Assembly (NCBI GenBank): GCA_963777775.1
Contig: CAVZRL010000003.1
Span: 28,751 to 92,750, forward strand
Source: an uncultured Solirubrobacterales bacterium
GTDB taxonomy: Bacteria; Actinomycetota; Thermoleophilia; Solirubrobacterales; 70-9
Length of the DNA stretch: 64,000 bases
Direction: 5' to 3'
A program made the position numbers and the translations under genes. Below are positions 9,663 through 18,425 of this stretch, one piece after another. Numbering within the stretch: position 1 is the first letter of the stretch; each line of letters opens with the position of its first letter. The notes below the pieces were generated by a model. That model was not told the DNA's origin. It saw nothing but the letters and a program-made list of their open reading frames with translations, and made no database searches.

Positions 9663-10085
9663 CTAGGACGGAAGCGGTGAGCCGGCGAAGCCGAAGAACC
9701 AGACCAGCATCGCGATTGAGGCGACGACCGCGGTGCCGACGAACACCGTCTCGACCGAGCTCAGCTTGTCGTCGCCGGGCCGGTAGGGCTCGTCGCGCAT
9801 GCTGCGCATCCACGGGTGGCGGGTCGGCGGGCGGCGCGCTCCCTGCTCGCGGGCCTGGATCGCTCCGGCGATGATCAGGATCACCAGGTAGGTGGCCAGG
9901 ATGCCGACGATCATGATCGCGGCCGTTGTGGTCTCGACCGTGGTGCTGACTCCACGTGCGCCCTGGATCTGCGATCCGAGCCAGATCCAGAACAGCGGCA
10001 CCCCGATGCCGACGAAGATCGCGGCGACGATCTCGACCAGGAAGCGGCCGGTCTTGCCCGAGGCCCGCCTGAAACGCCCGTCCAT
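9663..10085 (-). CDS. Small integral membrane protein (3 predicted TM)
   Basis: 140 aa with three clear hydrophobic helices, placed immediately upstream of the SRPBCC gene on the same strand. Confidence 0.6.
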   Translation of the reverse strand: MDGRFRRASGKTGRFLVEIVAAIFVGIGVPLFWIWLGSQIQGARGVSTTVETTTAAIMIVGILATYLVILIIAGAIQAREQGARRPPTRHPWMRSMRDEPYRPGDDKLSSVETVFVGTAVVASIAMLVWFFGFAGSPLPS

Positions 10086-10171
10086 ACCGAGAAGGTAGCG
10101 GGCGAGCGTGGCGCCGCTGCGGGGGGTGGCGCGCCCGCAGGGGCCGCGGGGGGCGGCGCGAAACTACTGCT

Positions 10172-11542
10172 GTGCCCGAGATCGAGCGCCGACCCCGGAT
10201 TCCGCCAGGCCCGTACCTGGTCGTCGGGCTGGCCCGCTCCGGCCAGGCCGCCGTCACGCTGCTCGCCGGCCGCGGCGAGCAGGTGATCGGGATCGACGCG
10301 GCTCGTCCGCAGGGCGCGGAAGGGCTTGCCGGGGCCGGCGTCGAAGTGATCCTGGATGGGGACACGATCGAGCCGTTGGAGCGCGTGCGCTGCGTGGTCA
10401 AGAGCCCTGGCGTGCCCACCGACGCCGCACCGGTCGCCGTCGCCCGCGATCGTGGCCTGCCGGTTATCGGCGAGCTCGAGCTCGCCTGGCGGCTGCTGCC
10501 GAACCGCTTCTGTGCCGTGACCGGCACCAACGGCAAGACCACGGTCGCCGAGCTGCTTGGCGAGGTCTGGCGCGCCGCCGGAGAGCCGGTCGCGGTTGCC
10601 GGGAACGTCGGCACGCCGCTCGCCTCGCTGCCCGGCACGGTCGCGGCCGAGACGACGATCGTCTGCGAGGCGTCGAGCTTCCAGCTCGAGGACAGCGACG
10701 CCTTCGCCCCCGAGTGCGGGGTGCTGCTCAACCTCTCGCCCGACCATCTCGACCGCCACGCCGGCCTCGAGCCCTACCTGGAGGCGAAGCTGCGGATCTT
10801 CCGCAACCAGGAGCAGGACGACGTCTGCGTCTACAACGGCTCCGACCCGGCGCTGGCCGGAGTCGAGCTCGGCGGCGGGGGTCGTCGGGTCGCGTTCTGC
10901 CGCGACCCGGGGACGAGCGCCCCCGGCGACTGCTTCGCAGTGATCGAGTCCGGCGTCCTCAGCCTTCGCGGCGAGCCGCTGATCGAAACCGCTGAGCTCG
11001 GCCTGCTCGGTCCCCACAACGCCGACAACGCGGCCGCCGCCGCCGCCGCCGCGGCGGCGATGGGGATCGAGCCGGGCGCGATCGCGACCGCCCTGCGTCG
11101 CTTTCCCGGCGTCCCGCACCGGCTCGAGCGGGTCGGCGAGCTGGCAGGGGTTCTGTACGTAAACGACTCCAAGGCCACCAACGTCGCCGCTGCCGCCGCC
11201 GCCCTGCGCTCGTTCGACACCGGAGTGCACGCGATCCTCGGCGGCTCGCGCAAGGGCGGCGGCTTCGCCGAGCTGGCCGGCGCTGTCGCCGAGCGTTGCG
11301 CCGCCTGCTATCTGATCGGCGAGGCCGCCGAGGCGCTCGAGCGCGACCTCGAGCCGGCCTGGGAGACGGGGGTCGCCCGTCGCCGCTGCGCCGGCCTCGC
11401 GGCGGCGGTCGACGCCGCTGCCGAGGAGGCGCACCCGGGTCAGGTCGTCCTGCTCGCGCCCGCCTGCGCGAGCTTCGACGCCTACCCTGACTTCGAGGCC
11501 CGTGGCGAGCACTTTCGCGCCCTGGTTGGGGGCCGTCGGTGA
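10172..11542 (+). CDS. murD: UDP-N-acetylmuramoylalanine--D-glutamate ligase
   Basis: VTGTNGKTT P-loop, an N-terminal Rossmann-like GLARSG motif, and dcw order. Confidence 0.93.
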   Translation: MPEIERRPRIPPGPYLVVGLARSGQAAVTLLAGRGEQVIGIDAARPQGAEGLAGAGVEVILDGDTIEPLERVRCVVKSPGVPTDAAPVAVARDRGLPVIGELELAWRLLPNRFCAVTGTNGKTTVAELLGEVWRAAGEPVAVAGNVGTPLASLPGTVAAETTIVCEASSFQLEDSDAFAPECGVLLNLSPDHLDRHAGLEPYLEAKLRIFRNQEQDDVCVYNGSDPALAGVELGGGGRRVAFCRDPGTSAPGDCFAVIESGVLSLRGEPLIETAELGLLGPHNADNAAAAAAAAAAMGIEPGAIATALRRFPGVPHRLERVGELAGVLYVNDSKATNVAAAAAALRSFDTGVHAILGGSRKGGGFAELAGAVAERCAACYLIGEAAEALERDLEPAWETGVARRRCAGLAAAVDAAAEEAHPGQVVLLAPACASFDAYPDFEARGEHFRALVGGRR

Positions 11543-12846
11543 GCGCCGCCCGCGGCCGAGGCGCGCACTCGCTCGAGTACTCACTACTGCTCACCGCGAC
11601 CCTCTGCCTGCTCGCCTTCGGGGCGGTGATGGTGTTCAGCGCCAGCTCGACGACGTCGCTGCTGGGGGAGTCCGGTGACGGCGCCTACTACCTCAAGCGC
11701 ACGCTCGTGTTCGGCGCCGTCGGGCTGGTCCTGATGCACCTGCTCGCCGGCCGCGGCGTCCGGACCCTGCGGCCGCTGACCCCGGCTCTGCTCGCGGTCG
11801 CCTTCGTCCTCTGCCTGGCGGTGCTCGTGCCTGGGATCGGCCGCGAGGTGAACGGCTCACGAGCCTGGATCGCGGCCGGGCCGATCCAGGTCCAGCCCTC
11901 CGAGCTGATGAAGCTGGCGCTGGTCCTGTTCGCCGCCCAGTTGCTCGCCACCCGCCCCCGAGTCAGCGCCGGCGGGATCGGAGAGATGATGCCGGTGCTC
12001 GGGGTGGTCGGCGCCGGGCTCTTCCTGGTCGCGGTCGCCGACCTCGGCACGGCGCTGGTGATCTGCCTCGCGATCGCGACGCTGCTGCTCGCAGCCGGGG
12101 CGCGGCTGCGCGACCTCGGGCTGCTCGCCGCCGGGGTCGGCGCCCTGATTCTGCTCGCGATCCTGATCGAGCCCTACCGGGTCGCCCGGATCACGACCTT
12201 CCTCGATCCCTCCGGCGATCCCGCAGGGGCCGGCTTTCAGCTCACCCAGGCGAAGATCGCGCTTGGCTCGGGCGGCCTGTTCGGCGTCGGTCTCGGGGAG
12301 AGCCTGCAGAAGGCGTTCTACCTGCCCGAGGCGCACACCGACATGATCGCCGCGGTGATCGGGGAGGAGCTCGGGATGCTCGGGATGGGTGCCCTGGTCG
12401 GCCTTTACGGGATGTTCGCGTACGCCGGGCTGAAGATCGCCCAGGGGGCGCGCGACCGCTACGGCAAGCTGCTCGCCGCCGGGCTCACCTCGGTGGTCCT
12501 GGTCCAGGCCCTGGTCAACCTCCTGGCGGTATTCGGGATGGCGCCCCTGACCGGGGTGCCGCTGCCGTTCGTCTCCTACGGCAACGCGAGCATGCTGGTG
12601 ATGCTGGCGGCGGTCGGCCTGCTGCTGAACATCGCCCGCGGCGGCAGCGTCGGCTCGGCCGCGAGGCCGTCGAGCGCCAATGCGAGACTGCGCGTCGTCG
12701 AGGGTGACCGCCCGGCCCGGCGCCGCGCCGGCCCGGGCCCCACCGCCACCAGCAGGAGACAGGTTGCCAAGGGTCGCGATAGCCGCGGGCGGAACGGCGG
12801 GGCACGTCGTTCCGGCGCTCGCCGTAGCCGACGCGCTTCGAGCTGA
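11539..12846 (+). CDS. ftsW: Peptidoglycan glycosyltransferase FtsW (SEDS family) with an Arg-rich C-terminal tail
   Basis: SEDS signature region (IQVQPSELMKLALVLF, HTDMIAAVIGEELG). About 70 aa of basic, disordered tail overlaps the murG 5' end. Confidence 0.9.
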   Translation: MSAARGRGAHSLEYSLLLTATLCLLAFGAVMVFSASSTTSLLGESGDGAYYLKRTLVFGAVGLVLMHLLAGRGVRTLRPLTPALLAVAFVLCLAVLVPGIGREVNGSRAWIAAGPIQVQPSELMKLALVLFAAQLLATRPRVSAGGIGEMMPVLGVVGAGLFLVAVADLGTALVICLAIATLLLAAGARLRDLGLLAAGVGALILLAILIEPYRVARITTFLDPSGDPAGAGFQLTQAKIALGSGGLFGVGLGESLQKAFYLPEAHTDMIAAVIGEELGMLGMGALVGLYGMFAYAGLKIAQGARDRYGKLLAAGLTSVVLVQALVNLLAVFGMAPLTGVPLPFVSYGNASMLVMLAAVGLLLNIARGGSVGSAARPSSANARLRVVEGDRPARRRAGPGPTATSRRQVAKGRDSRGRNGGARRSGARRSRRASS

Positions 12847-13858
12847 GGGCGCCGAGGTCCGTTTCCTCGGCGCACGCGGGCGCGCCGAGGCCGAGCTCGT
12901 CCCCCGGGCCGGCTATGAGATCGACCTGCTCGACGTCCGGGGGCTCGACCGGGGCAATCCGCTGCGCGCGGCCGGTGCCCTCGCCCTCGCGGCCGCCGCG
13001 CTGCCGCGGGTGCGCCGGATCCTGCGTCAGCGCGATGCCGACGCGGTACTCGGCGGCGGCGGCTACGTCGCCGGCCCGGCCGGGCTGGCCGCGGCCTTGC
13101 TGGGTCTGCCGCTCGTCCTCACCGAGGCCGATCGCCACCTCGGCCTGACCAACCGGTTGCTCGCCCGGCGCGCCGAGCGCGTCTGCCTGGCCTTCCCGAT
13201 CGAGGGCCTCAGCGGCGAGCGCTACGTGGTGACCGGGCGGCCTGTGCAGGCGGCGATCGGAAGCGCCGACCGCGACGCGGCCCGGGCGCGATTCGGGATC
13301 GACGGTGGCGACCGCTGCCTGCTCGTGTTCGGCGGCAGCCAGGGTGCCCGCTCGATCAATCTCTGCGCGCTGGACGCGTTCGCCGCCGCGGCCGGCGCCG
13401 AGCGGCCCTTCCACGTCCTTCATCTCTCGGGCGCTCGCGATTACCCGGTCGCCGCCGAGCGGATCGGAACCACGACCCCGCGTTACACGCTGATCGCCTA
13501 CGAGTCCGGGCTCGCCGACGCGCTCGCCGCCTGCGACCTGGTCCTCGCCCGCGCCGGCGGCTCGGTCTTCGAGATCGCCGCCGCCGGCAAGCCCGCGATC
13601 CTGGTTCCCTACCCGCACTCCGCCGGCCGCCATCAGCACGGCAACGCCGCGTGGATGGCCGCGGCCGGGGCCGCCGTGGTGATCGAGGACTCAGAGCTCG
13701 AACCCGCCCGGTTGCGGGCGCTGGTCGCCGAGCTGCTTGCCGACGGAGAGCGGCTTGCGGCGATGGCCGCCGCGGCGCGCTCTCGCGCCCACCCGGACGC
13801 GGCCGAGCGGGTTGCGACCGAGGTCCTGGCGGCGATCGGCAAAGCTTCCCGGTCGTGA
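12764..13858 (+). CDS. murG: UDP-N-acetylglucosamine--N-acetylmuramyl-(pentapeptide) pyrophosphoryl-undecaprenol GlcNAc transferase
   Basis: GGTAGHVVPALAVA motif right after the proposed TTG 12764 (GGAGACAGG upstream). The ORF is open from ATG 12680, so the start is uncertain. Confidence 0.88.
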   Translation: MPRVAIAAGGTAGHVVPALAVADALRAEGAEVRFLGARGRAEAELVPRAGYEIDLLDVRGLDRGNPLRAAGALALAAAALPRVRRILRQRDADAVLGGGGYVAGPAGLAAALLGLPLVLTEADRHLGLTNRLLARRAERVCLAFPIEGLSGERYVVTGRPVQAAIGSADRDAARARFGIDGGDRCLLVFGGSQGARSINLCALDAFAAAAGAERPFHVLHLSGARDYPVAAERIGTTTPRYTLIAYESGLADALAACDLVLARAGGSVFEIAAAGKPAILVPYPHSAGRHQHGNAAWMAAAGAAVVIEDSELEPARLRALVAELLADGERLAAMAAAARSRAHPDAAERVATEVLAAIGKASRS

Positions 13859-15177
13859 GCGCACGCTCCGCAGAGCGGTCCTGGCGCGGCCGCGAGCTTC
13901 ACTTCATCGCCATCGGGGGCGCCGGGATGAGCGGGCTGGCGGCGGTCTGCGCCCAGCTCGGCGCCCGGGTCACCGGCTCCGACCGCGCCGAGGGCTCGTA
14001 CCTGCGCCGGCTTCGCGATCTCGGCCTCGAGCCGCGGGTCGGCCACGACGCCGAGCTGGTGCCGCCCGGCGCCGAGGTCGTCGTCTCGACCGCGATCGCC
14101 GACGACAACCCCGAGCTCGTCCGCGCCCGCGAGCGCGGCCAGCGGGTCGTCCACCGCGGCGAGCTGCTCGCCGAGCTGTGCGGGCTTCGACGTCTGATCG
14201 CCGTCGCGGGCACGCACGGCAAGACGACCACCGCCGGAATGCTCGCGCACGCGCTGCGAGGGCTGGGTGCGGACCCGTGCTTTCTGCTCGGCGGCGAGCT
14301 GCCGGGCGCTGGGCCCCGGGGGGAGCCGGCCAACGCCGGCTGGGGGGAGGGCGAGTGGATCGTCGCCGAGGCCGACGAGTCGGATCGCAGCTTCCTCGCC
14401 CTGCGTCCCGAGATCGCGGTGGTGACCAACGTCGAGCTCGACCACCATTCCGATTGGAGCTCGCTCGCCGAGCTGCGCGAGGCGTTCGCCCGCTTCACGG
14501 CACAGGCGCCGGCCGCGGCGGTTGCCGAAGGATCCGAGTTGGAGATGCTCGGAGGCAGCGAGCGGACCCTGCGCTTCGATTCCGAGCGCCCGGGACCGAG
14601 CCTCGACCTGCGGGTCCCCGGCGCTCACAACGTGCTCGACGCCCGTGCGGCGCTGGCGGCTCTCGAGATCGCCGGCTGTGAGCTCGATCGAGCCGCGGCG
14701 GCGCTCGCCTCGTTCCCCGGCATGCTGCGCCGCCAGCAGCGGCGCGGTGCGCGCTCGGGCGCCGAGATCTACGACGACTACGCCCACCATCCGACCGAGG
14801 TCGCGGCGACCCTGGCGGCGCTGCGCGAGCTCGGGCCACGGCGCCTGATCGCCGTCTTCCAGCCCCATCTCTACTCGCGCACCAAGGCGCTCGCCGAGCG
14901 CTTCGGGGCCGCCCTCGCGGTTGCCGACGAGGTCGGTGTGCTCGACGTCTACGCCGCCCGCGAGCAGCCGCTCGGCGAGCTGGCGGGGGTCAGCGGCCTC
15001 GACGTCGCCCGGGCGACGGCGGACCGCGCCCGTGGGCGGCCGGTCTGGTGGCTGCGCGACGCCGAGACCGCCCGCAGGGCGCTCGCGGACCGGCTCGGTC
15101 CCGGCGACCTGCTGGTCACGATCGGGGCCGGGGACATCCATGCGCTTGCCGAGGCGCTGATCGAGGAGCCGGCGTGA
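13855..15177 (+). CDS. murC: UDP-N-acetylmuramate--L-alanine ligase
   Basis: GTG 13855 overlaps the murG stop. Motifs: HFIAIGGAGMSGLA and VAGTHGKTTT. Confidence 0.93.
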   Translation: MSARSAERSWRGRELHFIAIGGAGMSGLAAVCAQLGARVTGSDRAEGSYLRRLRDLGLEPRVGHDAELVPPGAEVVVSTAIADDNPELVRARERGQRVVHRGELLAELCGLRRLIAVAGTHGKTTTAGMLAHALRGLGADPCFLLGGELPGAGPRGEPANAGWGEGEWIVAEADESDRSFLALRPEIAVVTNVELDHHSDWSSLAELREAFARFTAQAPAAAVAEGSELEMLGGSERTLRFDSERPGPSLDLRVPGAHNVLDARAALAALEIAGCELDRAAAALASFPGMLRRQQRRGARSGAEIYDDYAHHPTEVAATLAALRELGPRRLIAVFQPHLYSRTKALAERFGAALAVADEVGVLDVYAAREQPLGELAGVSGLDVARATADRARGRPVWWLRDAETARRALADRLGPGDLLVTIGAGDIHALAEALIEEPA

Positions 15178-16085
15178 CGCTGCCCGCTGGAGTCGAGCGC
15201 GACTACCCGCTCGCTCGCCTGACCACGATCCGGGCCGGCGGGGCGGCCGAGTTCTTCGCCCGCCCCGCTTCGGAGGCACAGCTCGTCGAGCTGCTCGCCT
15301 GGGCCGCGTCGGCGGAGGTCGAGGTCGAGGTCGTCGGTTCGGGCTCGAACCTGCTGGTCGCCGACGCGGGCGTGCGCGGCCTGGTCATGAAGCTGACGGG
15401 CGAGCTTGCCGCGATCGACCGCCAGGGAACGAGGCTTGAGTGCGGCGGCGGGGCTCGGCTTCCCTCCGCCGCGGCGAAGGCGGCGGGATGGGGGCTGGCC
15501 GGGCTCGAGTTCGGGATCAACATCCCGGGCACGGTCGGCGGCGCGGTGCGGATGAACGCGAACGCCTACGGGGGAGAGCTCGGCGCGGTGCTCGAGTGGG
15601 TGGCGATCTGCACCGCGGCCGGTGCTGCGCGCCGCGAGCCGGGCGAGCTCGGGTTCGCCTATCGCCGCTCGGCCCTGCGCCCGGGCGAGGTGGTCTCGCG
15701 CGCAGCCTTCTCGCTCCACGAGGCCGAGCCGGCAGCCGTCAAGGCGGTGCTCGCCGAGATGCGCGGCAAGCGCCGCGAGGCCCAGCCCTCGGGGATCAAG
15801 ACGTTCGGCTCGACCTTCAAGAACCCCGACGACCCTCGGGCCGAGGGGCGGAGCGCCGGCCAGCTGCTCGACGCGGCAGGTTGCCGGGGGCTGGCGGTCG
15901 GTGGTGCTCGGCTCGCGCTCAAGCACGCCAACTTCGTCGAGAACACCGGCTCGGCGAGCACCGCCGAGGTGCTCGCCGTGATGGCCGAGAGCCGGCGTCG
16001 CGTGCACGAGCGGTTCGGGATCGAGCTCGAGCCCGAGGTCCAGGTCCTTGGCGAGGTCGAGTGGCCGCAGGGCTGGGAGCTCTGA
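15174..16085 (+). CDS. murB: UDP-N-acetylenolpyruvoylglucosamine reductase
   Basis: GTG 15174 overlaps the murC stop. FAD-binding PCMH region (GSGSNLLV) and GSTFKNP. Confidence 0.93.
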   Translation: MTLPAGVERDYPLARLTTIRAGGAAEFFARPASEAQLVELLAWAASAEVEVEVVGSGSNLLVADAGVRGLVMKLTGELAAIDRQGTRLECGGGARLPSAAAKAAGWGLAGLEFGINIPGTVGGAVRMNANAYGGELGAVLEWVAICTAAGAARREPGELGFAYRRSALRPGEVVSRAAFSLHEAEPAAVKAVLAEMRGKRREAQPSGIKTFGSTFKNPDDPRAEGRSAGQLLDAAGCRGLAVGGARLALKHANFVENTGSASTAEVLAVMAESRRRVHERFGIELEPEVQVLGEVEWPQGWEL

Positions 16086-16102
16086 CGGCGAAACCAACCG
16101 CG

Positions 16103-17053
16103 ATGGGCAAGTCGCGCGCCTCGACCGCCGCGGGCCGCAGCCGCTCGAAGCAAAAGGCGGCACGCTCGGGGCAGCGCGGAAACACGAAGCGCTCCGCGGG
16201 CGCGAGCACGTCGACAACGCGACGCAGCAAGCAGAAGCCGAAGCGGGGGTCAGCGCGCCGGCCTCCGCATCGCTCGGGCCGCACCGCCTTGCGGCCCCCA
16301 CCGCGGAGACGCCGCTCGCATCGGCGGGCGGCGACCGGATCGCGACGGGCGCTTCGCTGGCGCTACCGGTTCGCGCTCGCGATCGTCGCCCTCGCGGCGC
16401 TCGGCGCCGGGTACCTGTTCTGGCTGCGCGACTCGTCGCTGGTCGCCGTCAACGACGTCGAGGTCGTCGGCGTGGTCGGCCCCGAGCGCGAGCAGGTGGT
16501 CGCCGAGCTGACCCGGATCGGCGAGCAGATGACGACCCTGCACGCCGACCGCGAGCGAATCGAGCGGGCGGCGGCGCGGTTCCCGACCGTCGACTCGGTC
16601 AGCGTCGATCCCAACTTCCCGCACGGGCTGCGGATCGAGATCAACGAGCGGCCGCCGCGCCTGCTCGCCAGCGCCGATGGAGAGCAGGTGCCGATCGCCG
16701 CCGACGGGACCGTGCTGGCCGGGGTCTCGGCCCCGGAGGAGGGCCTGCCGGTGCTCGAGCTCGAGCAGATCCCCGCCGCCGGCTCGCTGACCGGGGAGGC
16801 GCTCGAGCAAGCGCTGGTCCTGGGCGCCGCGCCGACCCCGCTGCGGCCGCTGATCGAGGAGGTCAAGCTGGGCGATGACTACGGGGTCGAGCTGATCCTG
16901 CGGGGCGGGATCTCGATCCGGTTCGGGACCGGCAAGCGGGTGGAGCAGAAGTGGAGCGCGGTTGCCGCCGTGCTCGCCGACCCGAAGCTGACCGCGGCCG
17001 GATATGTCGACGTACGGGTTCCCGAGCGCCCGGCGGTCGGCGGGGCGGCGTAG
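16103..17053 (+). CDS. ftsQ: Cell division protein FtsQ/DivIB with a long, highly basic N-terminal tail
   Basis: ATG 16103 follows the murB stop. About 85 aa of K/R/S-rich cytoplasmic tail, one TM (FALAIVALAALGAGYLFWL), and a POTRA-like segment (VNDVEVVG...). Confidence 0.85.
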   Translation: MGKSRASTAAGRSRSKQKAARSGQRGNTKRSAGASTSTTRRSKQKPKRGSARRPPHRSGRTALRPPPRRRRSHRRAATGSRRALRWRYRFALAIVALAALGAGYLFWLRDSSLVAVNDVEVVGVVGPEREQVVAELTRIGEQMTTLHADRERIERAAARFPTVDSVSVDPNFPHGLRIEINERPPRLLASADGEQVPIAADGTVLAGVSAPEEGLPVLELEQIPAAGSLTGEALEQALVLGAAPTPLRPLIEEVKLGDDYGVELILRGGISIRFGTGKRVEQKWSAVAAVLADPKLTAAGYVDVRVPERPAVGGAA

Positions 17054-17069
17054 CCTGCGTCTGGGACTG

Positions 17070-17132
17070 ACTCTCGACCTTGGATTGAGGGTTTAAGGGC
17101 CGCGACTCAACCCTCAACCAGGAGTCGAGAGT
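17070..17132 (+). repeat. Nested inverted repeat (long imperfect stem-loop) just downstream of ftsQ
   Basis: Outer arms are ACTCTCGAC (17070-17078) / GTCGAGAGT (17124-17132). Inner arms are TTGAGGGTT (17085-17093) / AACCCTCAA (17109-17117). The loop is 15 nt. Confidence 0.6.
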
Positions 17133-17173
17133 GGCCGGGGTGCAGGATTCCGTGCCGAGACCGTCCGCCCCAA

Positions 17174-17202
17174 TTGACACCGAAGGCACAATGCCCTACG
17201 GT
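17174..17202 (+). promoter_or_regulatory. Candidate ftsZ promoter (TTGACA-N17-TACGGT); a second, weaker pair follows (TTGACG 17207 / TAGAAC 17230)
   Basis: A perfect -35 hexamer and a TANNNT -10 at 17-nt spacing, about 100 nt upstream of the ftsZ ATG. ftsZ has a GGGAGA RBS. Confidence 0.35.
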
Positions 17203-17301
17203 CGCGTTGACGTCTAGGCTGGGAGAAGCTAGAACACTCAAGGTTCGCTTCAACCTCGGACGGAAACCGAACGGGTCAACGTTTAGGAGCAGCTGGGAGA
17301 A

Positions 17302-18387
17302 ATGGTCGAGTCGTCCTACCTCGCGGTGATCAAGGTGGTCGGGGCCGGCGGTGGCGGCACCAACGCCGTCAGCCGCATGGTCGACGCCGGGCTCAAGGGC
17401 GTCGAGTTCATCGCCGTCAACACCGACGTGCAGGCGCTTCAGGCATGCGAAGCCGACATCAAGCTCGCCGTCGGCCACAACCTGACCAAGGGCCTCGGCG
17501 CGGGGGCGAACCCCGACGTCGGTGCCGGCGCCGCTGCCGAGTCCCGAGACGACATCAAGGAGGCGCTCAAGGGCGCCGACATGGTCTTCGTCACCGCCGG
17601 GGAGGGCGGGGGGACCGGCACCGGTGCGGCGCCGGTGATCGCCGAGATCGCCAAGGAGGAGATCGGCGCGCTGACCGTCGGCGTGGTCACCAAGCCGTTC
17701 GAGTTCGAGGGCAACCGGCGCATGCAGCAGGCGCTCGACGGGATCGACAAGCTGCGCGCGAAGGTCGACACCCTGATCATCGTCCCGAACCAGAAGCTGC
17801 TCGAGGTCGTCGAGCGCCGGACCTCCGTCCAGGAGGCGTTCCGGATGGCCGACGACATCCTGCGCCAGGGCGTGCAGGGGATCACCGACCTGATCACGAC
17901 CCCGGGCCAGATCAACCTCGACTTCGCCGACGTGCGGACGGTGATGTCGGATGCAGGCTCGGCGATGATGGGCATCGGCACCTCCTCGGGCGAGAACCGC
18001 GCTCAGGAGGCGGCCAAGATGGCGATCAACTCGCCGCTGATGGAGGAGTCGATCGAGGGCGCGACCGGGATGCTGCTCAACTTCACCGGCTCCGAGGATC
18101 TGAACCTGTTCGAGGTCAACGAGGCCGCCGACATCATCGTCTCGACCGCCGACAAGGGGGCCAACATCATCTTCGGCACGGTGATCGACCCGACCCTGGG
18201 CGACGAGGTCCGGGTGACCGTGATCGCGACCGGCTTCGAGGGCTTCGAGACCCTCGCTCGGAGCCCGATCCCGGTCCGCGAGCGCGCTCGTCGGCGCCAG
18301 GTCGAGGCGCTCGGCGATCGCGAGCGGCGCGAGCTCACCGTCTCCGACGACGAGATCGACGTGCCGCCCTTCCTGCGCGGGGGCTGA
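17302..18387 (+). CDS. ftsZ: Cell division GTPase FtsZ
   Basis: [11 protein letters not shown] tubulin signature and a C-terminal [11 protein letters not shown] peptide. Confidence 0.97.
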   Translation: MVESSYLAVIKVVGAGGGGTNAVSRMVDAGLKGVEFIAVNTDVQALQACEADIKLAVGHNLTKGLGAGANPDVGAGAAAESRDDIKEALKGADMVFVTAGEGGGTGTGAAPVIAEIAKEEIGALTVGVVTKPFEFEGNRRMQQALDGIDKLRAKVDTLIIVPNQKLLEVVERRTSVQEAFRMADDILRQGVQGITDLITTPGQINLDFADVRTVMSDAGSAMMGIGTSSGENRAQEAAKMAINSPLMEESIEGATGMLLNFTGSEDLNLFEVNEAADIIVSTADKGANIIFGTVIDPTLGDEVRVTVIATGFEGFETLARSPIPVRERARRRQVEALGDRERRELTVSDDEIDVPPFLRGG

Positions 18388-18425
18388 ACGCAACTTCGCC
18401 GCGGGCTCGCGGTTTGCTAAGGCTG

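Noticed and set aside
17131-17217. A 28-codon ORF (MAGVQDSVPRPSAPIDTEGTMPYGRVDV) with an AGGAG RBS in the ftsQ-ftsZ intergenic region.
   Set aside because: It is full of codons that are rare for this genome (aga, cca, att, aca, ggt, gtt). It overlaps the promoter-like hexamers, and its RBS is part of the hairpin arm. It is most likely a chance ORF.
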